In this document: piece after piece, positions 10,690 to 20,590 of the stretch | Position numbering within the stretch: the first letter of the stretch is position 1 | Layout of the letters: every line of letters starts with the position of its first letter | Assembly (NCBI GenBank): GCA_029939835.1 | Contig: JAOZSE010000001.1 | Coordinates: 1-52,934 of the forward strand | Source of the DNA: Pontiellaceae bacterium | GTDB lineage: Bacteria > Verrucomicrobiota > Kiritimatiellia > Kiritimatiellales > Tichowtungiaceae | DNA length: 52,934 nucleotides | Direction: 5' to 3' | Notes under the pieces: generated by a model | The model's input: only the letters and a program-made list of their open reading frames with translations | The model's database searches: none | Told to the model about the DNA's origin: nothing | Made by a program: the position numbers and the translations under genes

Positions 10690-11152
10690 TTTTGTTCTCC
10701 CAGACATAGGGCCATTTTTCGGGAACATCAACCAATCCTGCGCGAACTGGATTCATCCGGATATAGTTCGCTTTTTCGATATAACTTTCGTCCTGGCGAA
10801 GACGGTGGTCGAAGAAATCTCTCTGCCAGTTTACCCCGGTGTGTGTGTGGGTATAACGTTTCCAATCCGGGATAGTCTTCTGCATTCCAACATGCGGGGA
10901 AAAACTCATAATCGCATGCAGGTGGTCGGGCATCAGCAAAAGCAGATGAATCCATAGCTCACCACGATTCTGCCTGAAATCCAGAGATTCCCTGATCTGT
11001 CGTGCTTTGCCCGGAAAGCAAAGCTGGTTTGCTCCGCGCGGCTGTGTACAAATTGTAATGAAATAATCTGCGCCGCTTGGAACCCAGAAGGGAATATCGT
11101 GTGGCAGAGTTTTACGTTCCGGAAGCATCTCCCATGCATATAGCCCACGCAT
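10685..11152 (-). mobile_element. REP-associated tyrosine transposase (RAYT / TnpA-REP, Y1 HUH family)
   Basis: YFITICT, MPDHLH (HUH), WQRDFFDH.LR, YIRMNPVRAGLV...WPY; REPs on both sides. Confidence 0.93.
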
Positions 11153-11202
11153 AAACTTTACAAGTTTACAGTAACGATGGACTCGGCGTCCCGTTTTAAT
11201 TT

Positions 11203-11293
11203 GGTAGGGACAGACCGCCGGGCTGTCCGTTTATTAGCGGCGGGCTCGGCGATCCCGCCCCACCAGTGGCGCGCCCGGCGGTCGCGCCCTACC
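11203..11293. repeat. Three family-A REPs on the RAYT 5' side
   Basis: GGTAGGGACAGACCGCCGGGCTGTCC 11203-11228; inverted copies 11239-11264 (GGTGG variant) and 11268-11293. Confidence 0.92.
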
Positions 11294-12047
11294 TCTCCCA
11301 TGGATAGACACGGGCAACGAGGAAGATGCTGATTTCGTAGAGGAGCACCAGCATCGTGGCCATCATGACCTGCGTAACCGGATCGGGCGGCGTGAACACC
11401 GCGCCGAACACCACCATCGCCATGATCGCGTGCTTGCGGTATTTTTTTAGCCCGTCGGGCGACACCATCCCGAGCCGCCCGAATATCATCAGCACCAGCG
11501 GCAGCTCAAAGACCACGCCGAAGCCGATGGAAAGCACGGTGACCAGCTGAATAATGCTCCCGCCCGTCCAGCGGTTGTCGAACCCGAGCCAGCTGTTAAA
11601 GAAAAAGAGCGCTCGCATCGCCACCGGGGAGGCAAAGCCAAACGCGACCGCCATGCCGAGCGCAAACATCCCCCCACCGAAAAGAAAAACCGGACGGATC
11701 GCCGCCTGTTCTTTGGGCTTGAGGCCGGGGGAGATGAATACCCACAGCTCACGCGCCATCACCGGCAGTGAAATGAGCAGGGAAAGCACCAGCGAAAAAC
11801 GGATCAGCGCGGCAAAGCCATCCATTGGAGCCAGTGCGCCGCTGAGCTGATCAACCGTTTCGGGCGGCAAACCCATCTGCTCAATCGTCTGTATCAGCGG
11901 GAAGCGGGCAAAAGCGATTACCTGCCGCCCGAAGAAAATGCAGAGAATAAACACCGCGGCAAAGGCGGCGAGTGCGATGACAAGGCAGCGGCGGAGTTCT
12001 TCGATATGCTCGCCGAGCGGCATGCGTTTTTCCGAATTCTCCTTCAC
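11289..12047 (-). CDS. tatC: Twin-arginine translocase TatC
   Basis: MPLGEHIEELRR, ELWVFISPGL...E, FELP, TPPDPVTQ. Confidence 0.96.
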   Translation of the reverse strand: MKENSEKRMPLGEHIEELRRCLVIALAAFAAVFILCIFFGRQVIAFARFPLIQTIEQMGLPPETVDQLSGALAPMDGFAALIRFSLVLSLLISLPVMARELWVFISPGLKPKEQAAIRPVFLFGGGMFALGMAVAFGFASPVAMRALFFFNSWLGFDNRWTGGSIIQLVTVLSIGFGVVFELPLVLMIFGRLGMVSPDGLKKYRKHAIMAMVVFGAVFTPPDPVTQVMMATMLVLLYEISIFLVARVYPWER

Positions 12048-12072
12048 GGCGAAATGCTCCGGCTGAAACCGA

Positions 12073-12357
12073 TCAGGCTTTGTCTTCTTCTTCGTCGTAC
12101 GGCGCGGTTGAAGAAGGCTCCTCTTCTTCCGAAGGCTCTTCCGGCTTTTCCGCTTCCTCTTCGGCGGTCTTCACGGCGTCTTCGAGTTCATCCTTGGCGC
12201 CCTTGAGCCCTTTCTTGAATTCCACGAATCCTTTGCCGAGCTGGTGCCCCACTTCCGGAAGCCGTTTGCCGAACAACAGCACCGCGACGATGCCGATGAC
12301 CACCCATTCGAACGGGCCGGGGGTCCAGAAGCCCAGTGTGCTATGCAGTGCATTCAT
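12073..12357 (-). CDS. tatA: Twin-arginine translocase TatA/E
   Basis: TM helix, LLFG.RLPEVG..LGKG..EFKK, acidic tail. Confidence 0.93.
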   Translation of the reverse strand: MNALHSTLGFWTPGPFEWVVIGIVAVLLFGKRLPEVGHQLGKGFVEFKKGLKGAKDELEDAVKTAEEEAEKPEEPSEEEEPSSTAPYDEEEDKA

Positions 12358-12470
12358 GTTGTTTATCTACTCCAAAACCTCCGCCGGGTCAACATCCGCC
12401 CGACATACGGCTTGCTCCGTCCATACCCCCTCTTTATAGTCGGGTTAAGGTAAACAGACGGGAGATAGCC

Positions 12471-12785
12471 ATGTCCGACAACATCAAAGAGCTTACGGTC
12501 GACAATTTTAACGAAGCCATTGCCTCCGGAACCGTGCTGGTGGACTTTTGGGCTCCGTGGTGCGGCCCGTGCAAAATGCAGACTCCGATCCTCGAGAAAG
12601 TCGCGCCGCAGGTTGAAGGCAAGGCGGTGATCGCCAAGGTCAATGTTGATGAACACGCACCGCTCGCCGCACAGTTCGGCGTTCGCTCCATTCCGACGCT
12701 GATGCTGTTCAAAGACGGTGAAAAGGTGCAGGACTTCATCGGCGTTCAGCAGGAAGCCGCGCTCGTTGAAGCGCTGACAGCTTAA
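12471..12785 (+). CDS. trxA: Thioredoxin
   Basis: DFWAPWCGPC, SIPTL; start ATG 12471 after GGGAG. Confidence 0.96.
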   Translation: MSDNIKELTVDNFNEAIASGTVLVDFWAPWCGPCKMQTPILEKVAPQVEGKAVIAKVNVDEHAPLAAQFGVRSIPTLMLFKDGEKVQDFIGVQQEAALVEALTA

Positions 12786-12795
12786 GCTTCGTAAA

Positions 12796-13779
12796 ATGCT
12801 GAACGTGAAACAAAACGGCCTGCTCTCCCGAGCGGGCCTTTTTGTTTTAGGTCTTTTTCTAACTGGATGTATTTCGCACTCCGCACCGAAAGGGCTCCGC
12901 GTTTCTTTTCTAAACGACCCGGCATCTTTAGCCGACACAATCAAAATTCTAAGAAGAAACGGTTGCTCCAAATCTTCTGTAGAAGGGTTCAAAAAAGCTG
13001 TCGAATATTATTATCAGGTTCCTCTGGCCGTTGACCTTACTGCCTTTCCCCCTCCTAAAAAGGGAGTTTACCTCTTTCGCTCAGGCGAAGCTTTTGCTTC
13101 GGCCCTCCCTGAAAGCCTTTTCGCAACACAACACCCATTTGAAATCAACTGCCTAGATGTGGCACTGCACCTTTCAGGTGACCATGTCAGCACCACCCTT
13201 ATCGCAAATGCTCCCAGCAACCGTTTTTTTGTGGAAGTTAATTGTGGCGGAGACAACCGGCCGCAAGCGTATCCCGTGATCTCTCCGCAAAATGCTTTTG
13301 AAATCCGTTACCCGCCTTGGTACACCAATATGGTAACGACCATTACCGGACGTCCTTTCTCCGACGAGCACATTAGCCTGATGTCCTGCTTCGCCGAATT
13401 CCACATGAACTTTCAGGATTCCCCTTCTGAAAAAACAGGAAGTTCTCTATTACAGGTGCTTCGGTCTCGATGGGATCAGCAGGGAGTTGTCTTCTCGGAA
13501 AAAGTCCAGACAACCCTCCTCCACAGAATTGATGTTGCGAATAAAAGATTTTTTACCAGTCATGCCGGTCTTTTGTTCCAAAATGGAAGAGGCTATACCT
13601 ACATTGAAAAATCCGGAGGGCAAGGCCCCTTTCTTCGAATAGACCTCCAAAGCCAAAAAGATCTGGCCCCCTATTTTGGAACGCTGATTTCCGGGCGCTG
13701 GAACGAACAGTTCTCTCGAAACTTTATGACGGTAAACGACCGTTTGATTGCCGAAGTATTCCCTCGCTCATCTGAGTAA
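12796..13779 (+). CDS. Lipoprotein, DUF4300-like
   Basis: Lipobox FLTGC; NC...HAGLL...YIEK...PF pattern; AT-richer than neighbours. Confidence 0.6.
   Translation: MLNVKQNGLLSRAGLFVLGLFLTGCISHSAPKGLRVSFLNDPASLADTIKILRRNGCSKSSVEGFKKAVEYYYQVPLAVDLTAFPPPKKGVYLFRSGEAFASALPESLFATQHPFEINCLDVALHLSGDHVSTTLIANAPSNRFFVEVNCGGDNRPQAYPVISPQNAFEIRYPPWYTNMVTTITGRPFSDEHISLMSCFAEFHMNFQDSPSEKTGSSLLQVLRSRWDQQGVVFSEKVQTTLLHRIDVANKRFFTSHAGLLFQNGRGYTYIEKSGGQGPFLRIDLQSQKDLAPYFGTLISGRWNEQFSRNFMTVNDRLIAEVFPRSSE
12817..12848 (+). terminator. Intrinsic terminator after trxA
   Basis: GGCCTGCTC-TCCC-GAGCGGGCC followed by TTTTTGTTTT. Confidence 0.7.
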
Positions 13780-13829
13780 TTTTCCAAGATTTGGAAAATC
13801 CGGAGTTTGTTTTTCCAAACCTTGGAAAA
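13780..13829. repeat. Tandem pair of TTTTCCAAnnnTTGGAAAA palindromes
   Basis: TTTTCCAAGATTTGGAAAA (13780-13798) and TTTTCCAAACCTTGGAAAA (13811-13829) between convergent genes. Confidence 0.85.
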
Positions 13830-13831
13830 CA

Positions 13832-14608
13832 TCAAGCCTCTGCCAGAAATGCGGCGGTCGTTTCGAAGCACTTCAGCAGACGGTCATCTTTGATCGGAAT
13901 CACGTCCAGAAATTTTTCGATCACGTTGCGGTCGCGCACCTGCCGTTTGGTGGTGTCATAGGACAAATCGTGAATCCAGCTGAGCTGCAGAATAAAGCGG
14001 TCAGCCATGCTGCGGAGATGGCGATAATCTATTTTTTCGCGCTGTTCAAACTGCTCCAGTACCTCCGGCGTCACCGGGCCTTCAAAATCAACACCAATCG
14101 CCACCTCGGGATGATCGTGGATGCGCCCGCTTTGGATGGCATCGCAGCAAACGAAAAAAATATCGAGCCGGTCGGCATCGCGGATGAGGCGCAGGTGCTT
14201 TTCTTCGTGAGCGGTGAGCTCCGGCGGCAGCTCCTTTTTATTATGAAACCGAACGGCGTGTAGAATGAGTTCGCGCGGTTCCGCGGCCAGGCCGTCGAGC
14301 AGGTTTTCTGTTTCGAGCGTTTCAGCGCCGAGATCGCCATGATCCACCGTTTCACCGTCATTAAAACTGCGGTACTGCCTGAATTGCGGAAAGCGGGCGA
14401 TGTCGTGAAACAGGCCGACGGCTTCGGCGAGATGAATCTCCTCTTCCGGCCAGTCCATATCGGACGCCAGCGCGCGGGCGTCGGCGGAGACGCGGAGACT
14501 GTGATCAAGCTTGAGTTGCTGCATCGGTTCCAGCACGCCGTCCGTCCGGTAACGGTTCGTGTAGGCGCGAAAGCGTTCGGTGAGCTGTGCGAGGGTTTCG
14601 GAGGTCAT
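13832..14608 (-). CDS. HD-domain phosphohydrolase
   Basis: K.DHSLRV, LFHDIARF.Q, DHG, HN, IRDADRLD; start reassigned to ATG 14608. Confidence 0.88.
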   Translation of the reverse strand: MTSETLAQLTERFRAYTNRYRTDGVLEPMQQLKLDHSLRVSADARALASDMDWPEEEIHLAEAVGLFHDIARFPQFRQYRSFNDGETVDHGDLGAETLETENLLDGLAAEPRELILHAVRFHNKKELPPELTAHEEKHLRLIRDADRLDIFFVCCDAIQSGRIHDHPEVAIGVDFEGPVTPEVLEQFEQREKIDYRHLRSMADRFILQLSWIHDLSYDTTKRQVRDRNVIEKFLDVIPIKDDRLLKCFETTAAFLAEA

Positions 14609-14612
14609 GGTC

Positions 14613-15155
14613 TCAGTAGACAAGCAGTGCCAGAATGATGAGGCCGAGGCCGAGCAGTGTCCGCACGGCACCGCCGATGTACAGCGCGGCATCAGTTTTT
14701 GAAGCGAACCGGGCAATCCGGCGGAACCACCACGGCGACAGCAGGAAGACGAGCCCTAACAGGATCCAGAGATAGGCGATGACGGTGACGATGAGCCGCC
14801 AATCTGAAGGATTCCAGCGTGCGACATTTAGGATCGGCCCGGCCGCCAGCAGCAGCAGGCCGCCGAGCGCACGCACGGAGAGCAGTTCGTCGAGATAGAC
14901 GATGCAAAGCACAATAGCAAGAGGCGTCAGCCAATAGAGATGCACTTTCCAGGCATCGAACATGCCGAGATGCATCTGCGAAAGTGCCATCGCGGCCCAA
15001 GGCAGAACGACGGCGGCGAGTATACGGCCCGGCCAGATACTGCGCGGAAAAGCCGCCAGTCCGCGGCGAACCGCAGCGGGCGCAGCCAGCGAAAGTACAC
15101 CACCCGTCAGCAGCAGGGCTCCGATAATCAGTGCAGCAATGGAAAGTCCAGACAC
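14613..15155 (-). CDS. Hypothetical integral membrane protein
   Basis: About six hydrophobic segments; stop lies 4 bp before the HD gene. Confidence 0.75.
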   Translation of the reverse strand: MSGLSIAALIIGALLLTGGVLSLAAPAAVRRGLAAFPRSIWPGRILAAVVLPWAAMALSQMHLGMFDAWKVHLYWLTPLAIVLCIVYLDELLSVRALGGLLLLAAGPILNVARWNPSDWRLIVTVIAYLWILLGLVFLLSPWWFRRIARFASKTDAALYIGGAVRTLLGLGLIILALLVY

Positions 15156-15267
15156 GTCAAACTCCTCGAATCTTCTTGATTACACAGTCAGTTCACATAG
15201 ATTTTTCGGGATTATTTCCTCTAGGAACGGAAAGTAAAGCAAACATCAGTTAATAAGGAGTAAAACC

Positions 15268-16347
15268 ATGGGAAGCAAGATATTTGATGCTGTCAAACCC
15301 GGCGTTGTAACCGGCGATGACGTACAGGCCATTTTTAAAATCGCGAAGGAAAACCAGTTCGCACTGCCCGCCGTAAATGTCGTCGGTTCAGATTCAATCA
15401 ACGCGGTGCTCGAAGCCGCCGCGACCGTCAACTCGCCGGTCATTATTCAGTTCTCCAATGGCGGCGCGCAGTTCAACGCCGGTAAAGGCCTGAAAATGGA
15501 AGGCCAGCAAGCACCGGTTCTCGGCTGTGTCGCCGGGGCTAAACACATCACCACGCTCGCCGAAGCCTACGGCGTTGCCGTGATCCTTCATACGGATCAC
15601 GCGGCGAAAAAGCTGCTGCCGTGGATCGACGGCCTGCTCGACGCCAGCGAAGCGAATTTTGCAGCAACCGGCAAGCCGCTCTTCAGCTCGCACATGCTCG
15701 ACCTCTCCGAAGAGACGCTCGAAGAAAACGTGCAGACCTGCGCGAAGTATCTCGAACGCATGAGCAAGATCGACATGACGCTGGAAATCGAACTCGGCTG
15801 CACCGGCGGCGAAGAAGACGGCGTGGACAACTCCGACATGGATGAGTCCAAGCTATACACCCAGCCCGAAGACGTGGGTTACGCCTACGAAACCCTGATG
15901 AAAATCAGCCCGCGCTTCACCATCGCCGCTTCCTTCGGAAACGTACACGGGGTCTACAAACCGGGTAACGTCAAACTCACCCCGAAAATTCTGGATAACT
16001 CGCAAAAGTACATTCAGGAAAAATTCGGCACAGACGAAAAGCCGGTCGACTTCGTTTTCCACGGCGGTTCCGGTTCGTCCCCCGAAGAGATCACGGAAGC
16101 ACTCTCCTACGGCGTGATCAAGATGAACATCGATACCGACACGCAGTGGGCCTCCTGGGAAGGCGTTCTGAACTTCTACAAAGAGAACGAAGCCTATCTG
16201 CAGGGTCAGCTCGGCAACCCGGAAGGCGCCGACAAACCGAACAAAAAGTTCTACGACCCGCGCATCTGGCTGCGGAAGGCTGAAGAGAGCATGGCGGCTC
16301 GCGTGAAACAGGCGTTCGCCGACCTCAACGCCCTCGACCGCAACTAG
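15268..16347 (+). CDS. fbaA: Class II fructose-bisphosphate aldolase
   Basis: HTDH, SSHMLDLS, GGEEDG, FGNVHGVYKPG, VFHGGSG; SD AAGGAG. Confidence 0.98.
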   Translation: MGSKIFDAVKPGVVTGDDVQAIFKIAKENQFALPAVNVVGSDSINAVLEAAATVNSPVIIQFSNGGAQFNAGKGLKMEGQQAPVLGCVAGAKHITTLAEAYGVAVILHTDHAAKKLLPWIDGLLDASEANFAATGKPLFSSHMLDLSEETLEENVQTCAKYLERMSKIDMTLEIELGCTGGEEDGVDNSDMDESKLYTQPEDVGYAYETLMKISPRFTIAASFGNVHGVYKPGNVKLTPKILDNSQKYIQEKFGTDEKPVDFVFHGGSGSSPEEITEALSYGVIKMNIDTDTQWASWEGVLNFYKENEAYLQGQLGNPEGADKPNKKFYDPRIWLRKAEESMAARVKQAFADLNALDRN

Positions 16348-16423
16348 AGAGCGGGATGAATTATGAAATTTGAACGGGGAAAAATTCCTTTTTCATATTT
16401 CCTCTTTCGCCTTTCATCTTTCT

Positions 16424-16458
16424 AAAAAAGCCCCGGTGTCCGCCGGGGCTTTTTCTTT
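16424..16458. terminator. Bidirectional intrinsic terminator after fbaA
   Basis: AAAAAAGCCCCGG-TGTCCG-CCGGGGCTTTTT. Confidence 0.85.
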
Positions 16459-16495
16459 GATTGTCCGGCAAGCCGCTTCATGCTAAAAAACAGCC

Positions 16496-17056
16496 ATGAG
16501 CGCGGATCCCTTCCATTTGAACCGCCCAGTCCACCTTGCCCGTCGTGACGGATTTTACGAAAAAGCGACGGTTCTCATTGACCGTCTTGCCGCGCTCAAA
16601 AACCCCGCAGAACAGCGACAAACCGTGGAAAAAGCACTTTTCTTTTTCCGCGAAGCGCGTCGGCATGCCGCCGCCGCCAATCTCGCTGAAAAAACATCGC
16701 GCCAGAGCCGGCTTTTCACCGAGTTTCTGGACATGGCTATCGATAACACGCTCTCCATCACCCGCATGCTGCGCCGCCAGCGCACTGCGGAAACGCCGGA
16801 CTCCCCCCTCCAGCAATTCCTGCAGTCCCGCGACACCGCCGAAAAAATGCGCAGTCACTACCACCGATGCTCCACTCACATTCTCAAGGGCCTTGCCGCC
16901 CTGCTCAAAGCAGCGGAAAAGCCCTGCCATGATCTGCAACAAACCAGTCTGGCCAAAATGAGCTCTGCGGACAAAGCGCGCTACGAAAAGGCGCGGAAAT
17001 ATTTCGAAGAAGAGGCCGAAGACGACGTTGGAAAATCCGGGGATTCGATTGCTTAA
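16496..17056 (+). CDS. Hypothetical alpha-helical protein
   Basis: 186-aa ORF filling the gap, convergent with mutL; no family recognised. Confidence 0.6.
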   Translation: MSADPFHLNRPVHLARRDGFYEKATVLIDRLAALKNPAEQRQTVEKALFFFREARRHAAAANLAEKTSRQSRLFTEFLDMAIDNTLSITRMLRRQRTAETPDSPLQQFLQSRDTAEKMRSHYHRCSTHILKGLAALLKAAEKPCHDLQQTSLAKMSSADKARYEKARKYFEEEAEDDVGKSGDSIA

Positions 17057-18834
17057 CTTCGCCCGAACTTCCGGTTCAGTTCCGTAAAGCTCGTAAAAAT
17101 CAGCGTCGGGCGCCCATGCGGAGAGGTGTAAGGCATTTCGGTTTTTGCGAGATCCTCCACCAACCTTTCGAGTTCGGTTGTTGTCAGTGCATCGCGCGTT
17201 TTCACCGCCGTACGGCAGGCCGCCTGTGCTACCGTTTCGCGCAGCGCTTCGCGCTCTGCCCGCTGTTTTCCGCTGCTTTCAAGCGCTCCGGCGATCCCGG
17301 TTACGATCACCGTCACCGAACCGGCCTGCAAATGCACGGGAAGCGCATCGACCATAAACGTGTCCTGCCCAAAGTCGGAAATGCCGAAGCCCATTTCGTC
17401 GAGAACCGGCAGATGGCGGCGGAGGGCTTCGGCATCAGCAGGCATCAGTTCTATTGTTTCCGGCGTCAGAAGCCCCTGGCGCGACGGCTTGCCCTCCGTG
17501 ATATCCTGCATAAATTTTTCGAACAGCACCCGCTCATGTGCCGCCTGCGGATCCATCAGCACAATGCCCTCCTCCGTTTCGAGGATCGCATAAAGGCCGC
17601 CTGCCTGCCCCAGCACGCGGCACCAGGCCCAGGGACTGGGAGAAGGGGTCAAGGGTCGGGAGTCAGTAGTCAGGGAACCATCCCGACCCTGCTCTGAATC
17701 CTGTCCCCTATCCTCTGTTTTCTGACCCCTGCCTCCTGCCTCCTGACTCCTGATGTCCAGCTCGTGCTGCTTTTCAACGCGCGGCACGGGTTGCGGCGGC
17801 GCATTAAAACTGAATAACGGCGCGCGGCGCTCCGCCTCCGGTGCCTCGAGCGCCAGCGCCTGTTCAACTGCCGCAATCACGGCATCGCACACCGCAGCAG
17901 GCTGACGAAACCGCACTTCTTTTTTTGCCGGATGGACATTTACGTCCACCCGCTCGGGCGGCACCTCGATGAAAAGAAAGGCGGAGGGATAGCGCCCGCG
18001 GGCCAGCACGGCGTGATAGGCCTCGTTCAACGCGTGATAAATCACTGGAGCCGCGGCCGGACGTCCGTTGATGAAAATATACTGATCCGACCGGTCTTTG
18101 CGCCCCGTCTGCGGCAGTCCGGCAAAGCCTGTGATTTTCACGCTGTCCGTTTTGAAATCGAGCGCACGCAAATGGCTTAAAAAGCCCGGATTATACAGAG
18201 CGGCAATGCGGTCGGGCAGCGACGACCCGCCGGGCAGGTTGTAGAGTTCACGACCGTCCGACACAAACGAAAGCCCTGTTTCCGGATGGGCCAGTGCATA
18301 GACAGCGAAAAGCTGGCGGAGTTGCGCCAGTTCCGTGGCTTCCGTCCGCAGAAACCGCCGCCGCGCGGGTACGTTAAAAAACAAATTGCGCACTTCCATA
18401 CGCGTTCCGGGCGGGCAGCCTGCATCCGCCACGTCCTGAAGTTTTCCGCCGCTAATGCGGATTTCCGTTCCGCTCTGCTCATCAGAGAGACGTGTAACCA
18501 GGGTAAAGCGCGATACGGCGGAAACGGCGGCCAAGGCCTCACCGCGAAACCCGAGGGTCGCGACCGCCTCGACCTGCTCAGCCGTGCGGATTTTACTCGT
18601 CGCGTGGCGTTCAATGGAAAGTAACGCGTCATCGCGGCTCATGCCCGAGCCGTTGTCGGAAACGGCAATCAACTGCATCCCGCCGCGGACGACCTCGACA
18701 TCAATCTGCGTCGCGCCTGCATCAAACGCATTTTCCATCAGCTCCTTCATCACCGAAGCGGGCCGCTCGATTACTTCTCCCGCCGCGATCTTGTTGATCA
18801 CATGATCCGGGAGCATCTGGATGTGCTCATTCAC
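17053..18834 (-). CDS. mutL: DNA mismatch repair protein MutL
   Basis: KIAAGEVIERP, HATSK, GFRGEAL, DVNVHPAK.EVRF, endonuclease motifs DPQAAHERV.FE, ACR, PHGRP. Confidence 0.97.
   Translation of the reverse strand: MNEHIQMLPDHVINKIAAGEVIERPASVMKELMENAFDAGATQIDVEVVRGGMQLIAVSDNGSGMSRDDALLSIERHATSKIRTAEQVEAVATLGFRGEALAAVSAVSRFTLVTRLSDEQSGTEIRISGGKLQDVADAGCPPGTRMEVRNLFFNVPARRRFLRTEATELAQLRQLFAVYALAHPETGLSFVSDGRELYNLPGGSSLPDRIAALYNPGFLSHLRALDFKTDSVKITGFAGLPQTGRKDRSDQYIFINGRPAAAPVIYHALNEAYHAVLARGRYPSAFLFIEVPPERVDVNVHPAKKEVRFRQPAAVCDAVIAAVEQALALEAPEAERRAPLFSFNAPPQPVPRVEKQHELDIRSQEAGGRGQKTEDRGQDSEQGRDGSLTTDSRPLTPSPSPWAWCRVLGQAGGLYAILETEEGIVLMDPQAAHERVLFEKFMQDITEGKPSRQGLLTPETIELMPADAEALRRHLPVLDEMGFGISDFGQDTFMVDALPVHLQAGSVTVIVTGIAGALESSGKQRAEREALRETVAQAACRTAVKTRDALTTTELERLVEDLAKTEMPYTSPHGRPTLIFTSFTELNRKFGRS
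17638..17755. repeat. Heptamer tandem-repeat hairpin inside the mutL linker
   Basis: GTCAGGA-like units followed by complementary TCTGACT-like units; encodes RSQEAGGRGQKTEDRGQ...LTTDSRPLTP. Confidence 0.8.
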
Positions 18835-18873
18835 AGGCAGGACATTAAACGTTTTTTGCCCATGTTTGAAAAA

Positions 18874-20286
18874 CTATTTGATGAGGAGCCGTTTGACCGC
18901 GTCCTCGGTGAGAAAGCCGTCGGGGCCGGCGGCCTTTTTGAGGGCGGCAACCGTTTCGGCCGCCGTGGTACCGGGATGGTTCTTCATGTAGCGCGCGGCA
19001 ATGTGCGAAACATAGGCCGTGGCAACAGACGTGCCCTGCGACGTTTTTCCGGAAAAGCTGGCGGAGCCGGGCGCAACGATGTCCACAAAGTCGCCGCGGT
19101 TGGAGTACTCTGCGAGTTTACCGCTGCTGCCGGCGGCAATGCCGACGACTTCAGGATAGGCCGCGGGGTACATCGGTGTGCCGGTGGGTTCGTTGCCGAC
19201 CGCCGCGAAAACAGGCCGTCCCTCCGAGGCGGCATAGCGAACCGCAGTCTGAATAAACTGGCTGTCCGTTTCGGAACCCCAGCTGAGACTGACGGGGCCG
19301 GAGCTGTTTTGAACGGCATAGGTCATGGCATTCATGAGCGTAAAAGCATCGGCGGAGCCGTCGTCGGCAAAGGCTTTGACCGCGACGACGGGAACCCCCT
19401 CGCCTACGGCGCTTCCATAGGGGTCTGCCAGGCCGGCGGCGAGCATAGCCATTTTAGTGCCGTGACCGACCGTATCGGTAGAAAGCGGTGCATCGGGGTT
19501 GGTGGCATCGTAAGCGCCGATAACGGCGCGGTCAAGGTTGTCGTCTGGCGCGAGGCCGGAGTCGAGCACGGCAACGGCAACCGGGCTGTCGCTCTGGGGT
19601 GCGTTCCACTGAGAAGGCGCAGCGGGTGCGTTTTCGTCGGAAGGAAGAAACCCGGGAAGGTCGTAGACATAGTTGGGTTCGGAAAGAGCTATGCTGCTTT
19701 CATTGCCGAGCTGGGCGACCAGATCGAGTACATTGGCACCTTCGGGCAAAAGAATGCGGTAAATGCCCAGTTCGGTGTTGGCATCGATAATCGTGCCGCC
19801 GGTGCGGGCGAGGAAGGCACGCAGGTCTTCGATTGAAGCGCCGGGGCCGAAGCCGACGAGGATTTCGCGGGCCATAAAGCGGGTGCGTCCATCAAAAGAG
19901 GTCTCTATGCGGCGGGCGCTGCGCAGGCGCTGCACGGCATCTGCACGGCCTTCGCGAAAAATACGGATGCCGGTGAGACGGGTCATTGCACCGAGCGGGC
20001 CGGTTTCGCGCTGCCAGTCGAGCAGATAGTTGTAAGGGAAGAGCACCTGATCGAGGGCCGTTTCCACATCGGCTCCGCGCCAGGAGCCGGTAACGGTTTT
20101 TGCAACTGCGGGGTCGGCCTGCACATCAATGCCGGCGGCGGCAAAGTGCTCAAGCAGTTGCGAAAGCGGTTCGTCCCGGACAACGAGCCAGATGCGGTTC
20201 TGGTCGAGGCGGAATTCACTGATTTCGGCCTGCAAACAGGCCGCCACGGACAAAGCTAAAAGACCGGACTTGAGGACATTGCGCAT
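18874..20286 (-). CDS. Secreted subtilisin-like S8 peptidase with N-terminal accessory domain
   Basis: Signal peptide; triad LDSG, GHGT, GTSVA; oxyanion AAVGN; YPAAYPEV. Confidence 0.88.
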   Translation of the reverse strand: MRNVLKSGLLALSVAACLQAEISEFRLDQNRIWLVVRDEPLSQLLEHFAAAGIDVQADPAVAKTVTGSWRGADVETALDQVLFPYNYLLDWQRETGPLGAMTRLTGIRIFREGRADAVQRLRSARRIETSFDGRTRFMAREILVGFGPGASIEDLRAFLARTGGTIIDANTELGIYRILLPEGANVLDLVAQLGNESSIALSEPNYVYDLPGFLPSDENAPAAPSQWNAPQSDSPVAVAVLDSGLAPDDNLDRAVIGAYDATNPDAPLSTDTVGHGTKMAMLAAGLADPYGSAVGEGVPVVAVKAFADDGSADAFTLMNAMTYAVQNSSGPVSLSWGSETDSQFIQTAVRYAASEGRPVFAAVGNEPTGTPMYPAAYPEVVGIAAGSSGKLAEYSNRGDFVDIVAPGSASFSGKTSQGTSVATAYVSHIAARYMKNHPGTTAAETVAALKKAAGPDGFLTEDAVKRLLIK

Positions 20287-20590
20287 AAAAAAACGGTAGC
20301 AGGAGAACGAACAAATGGCAACCGGCAGCGCCTATATAGAAACAGGACATCCCCCATTTTTTCAGGCGGAATTTCTATAAGCCGTTGATGGCTCGAAACA
20401 AACCGCTTCCGAAAACTGAAATGGCCTCCTAAAATCTGATTATCGAACACACCTTCACCAATCAGGGAGACCGTTTTGAACCGTACACAAACCGCTTTCA
20501 GAATTCGAGAACAGCTGGACTCATTTATGGGGATAGTCTTCATATAGAATGATTGACGGAAAGAGGGATAAAAGGGTACTCTCCTCTGTT

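Noticed and set aside
10544-11293. CRISPR array
   Set aside because: Repeats alternate in orientation, vary in sequence, lack regular unique spacers and flank a RAYT; no cas genes. These are REPs
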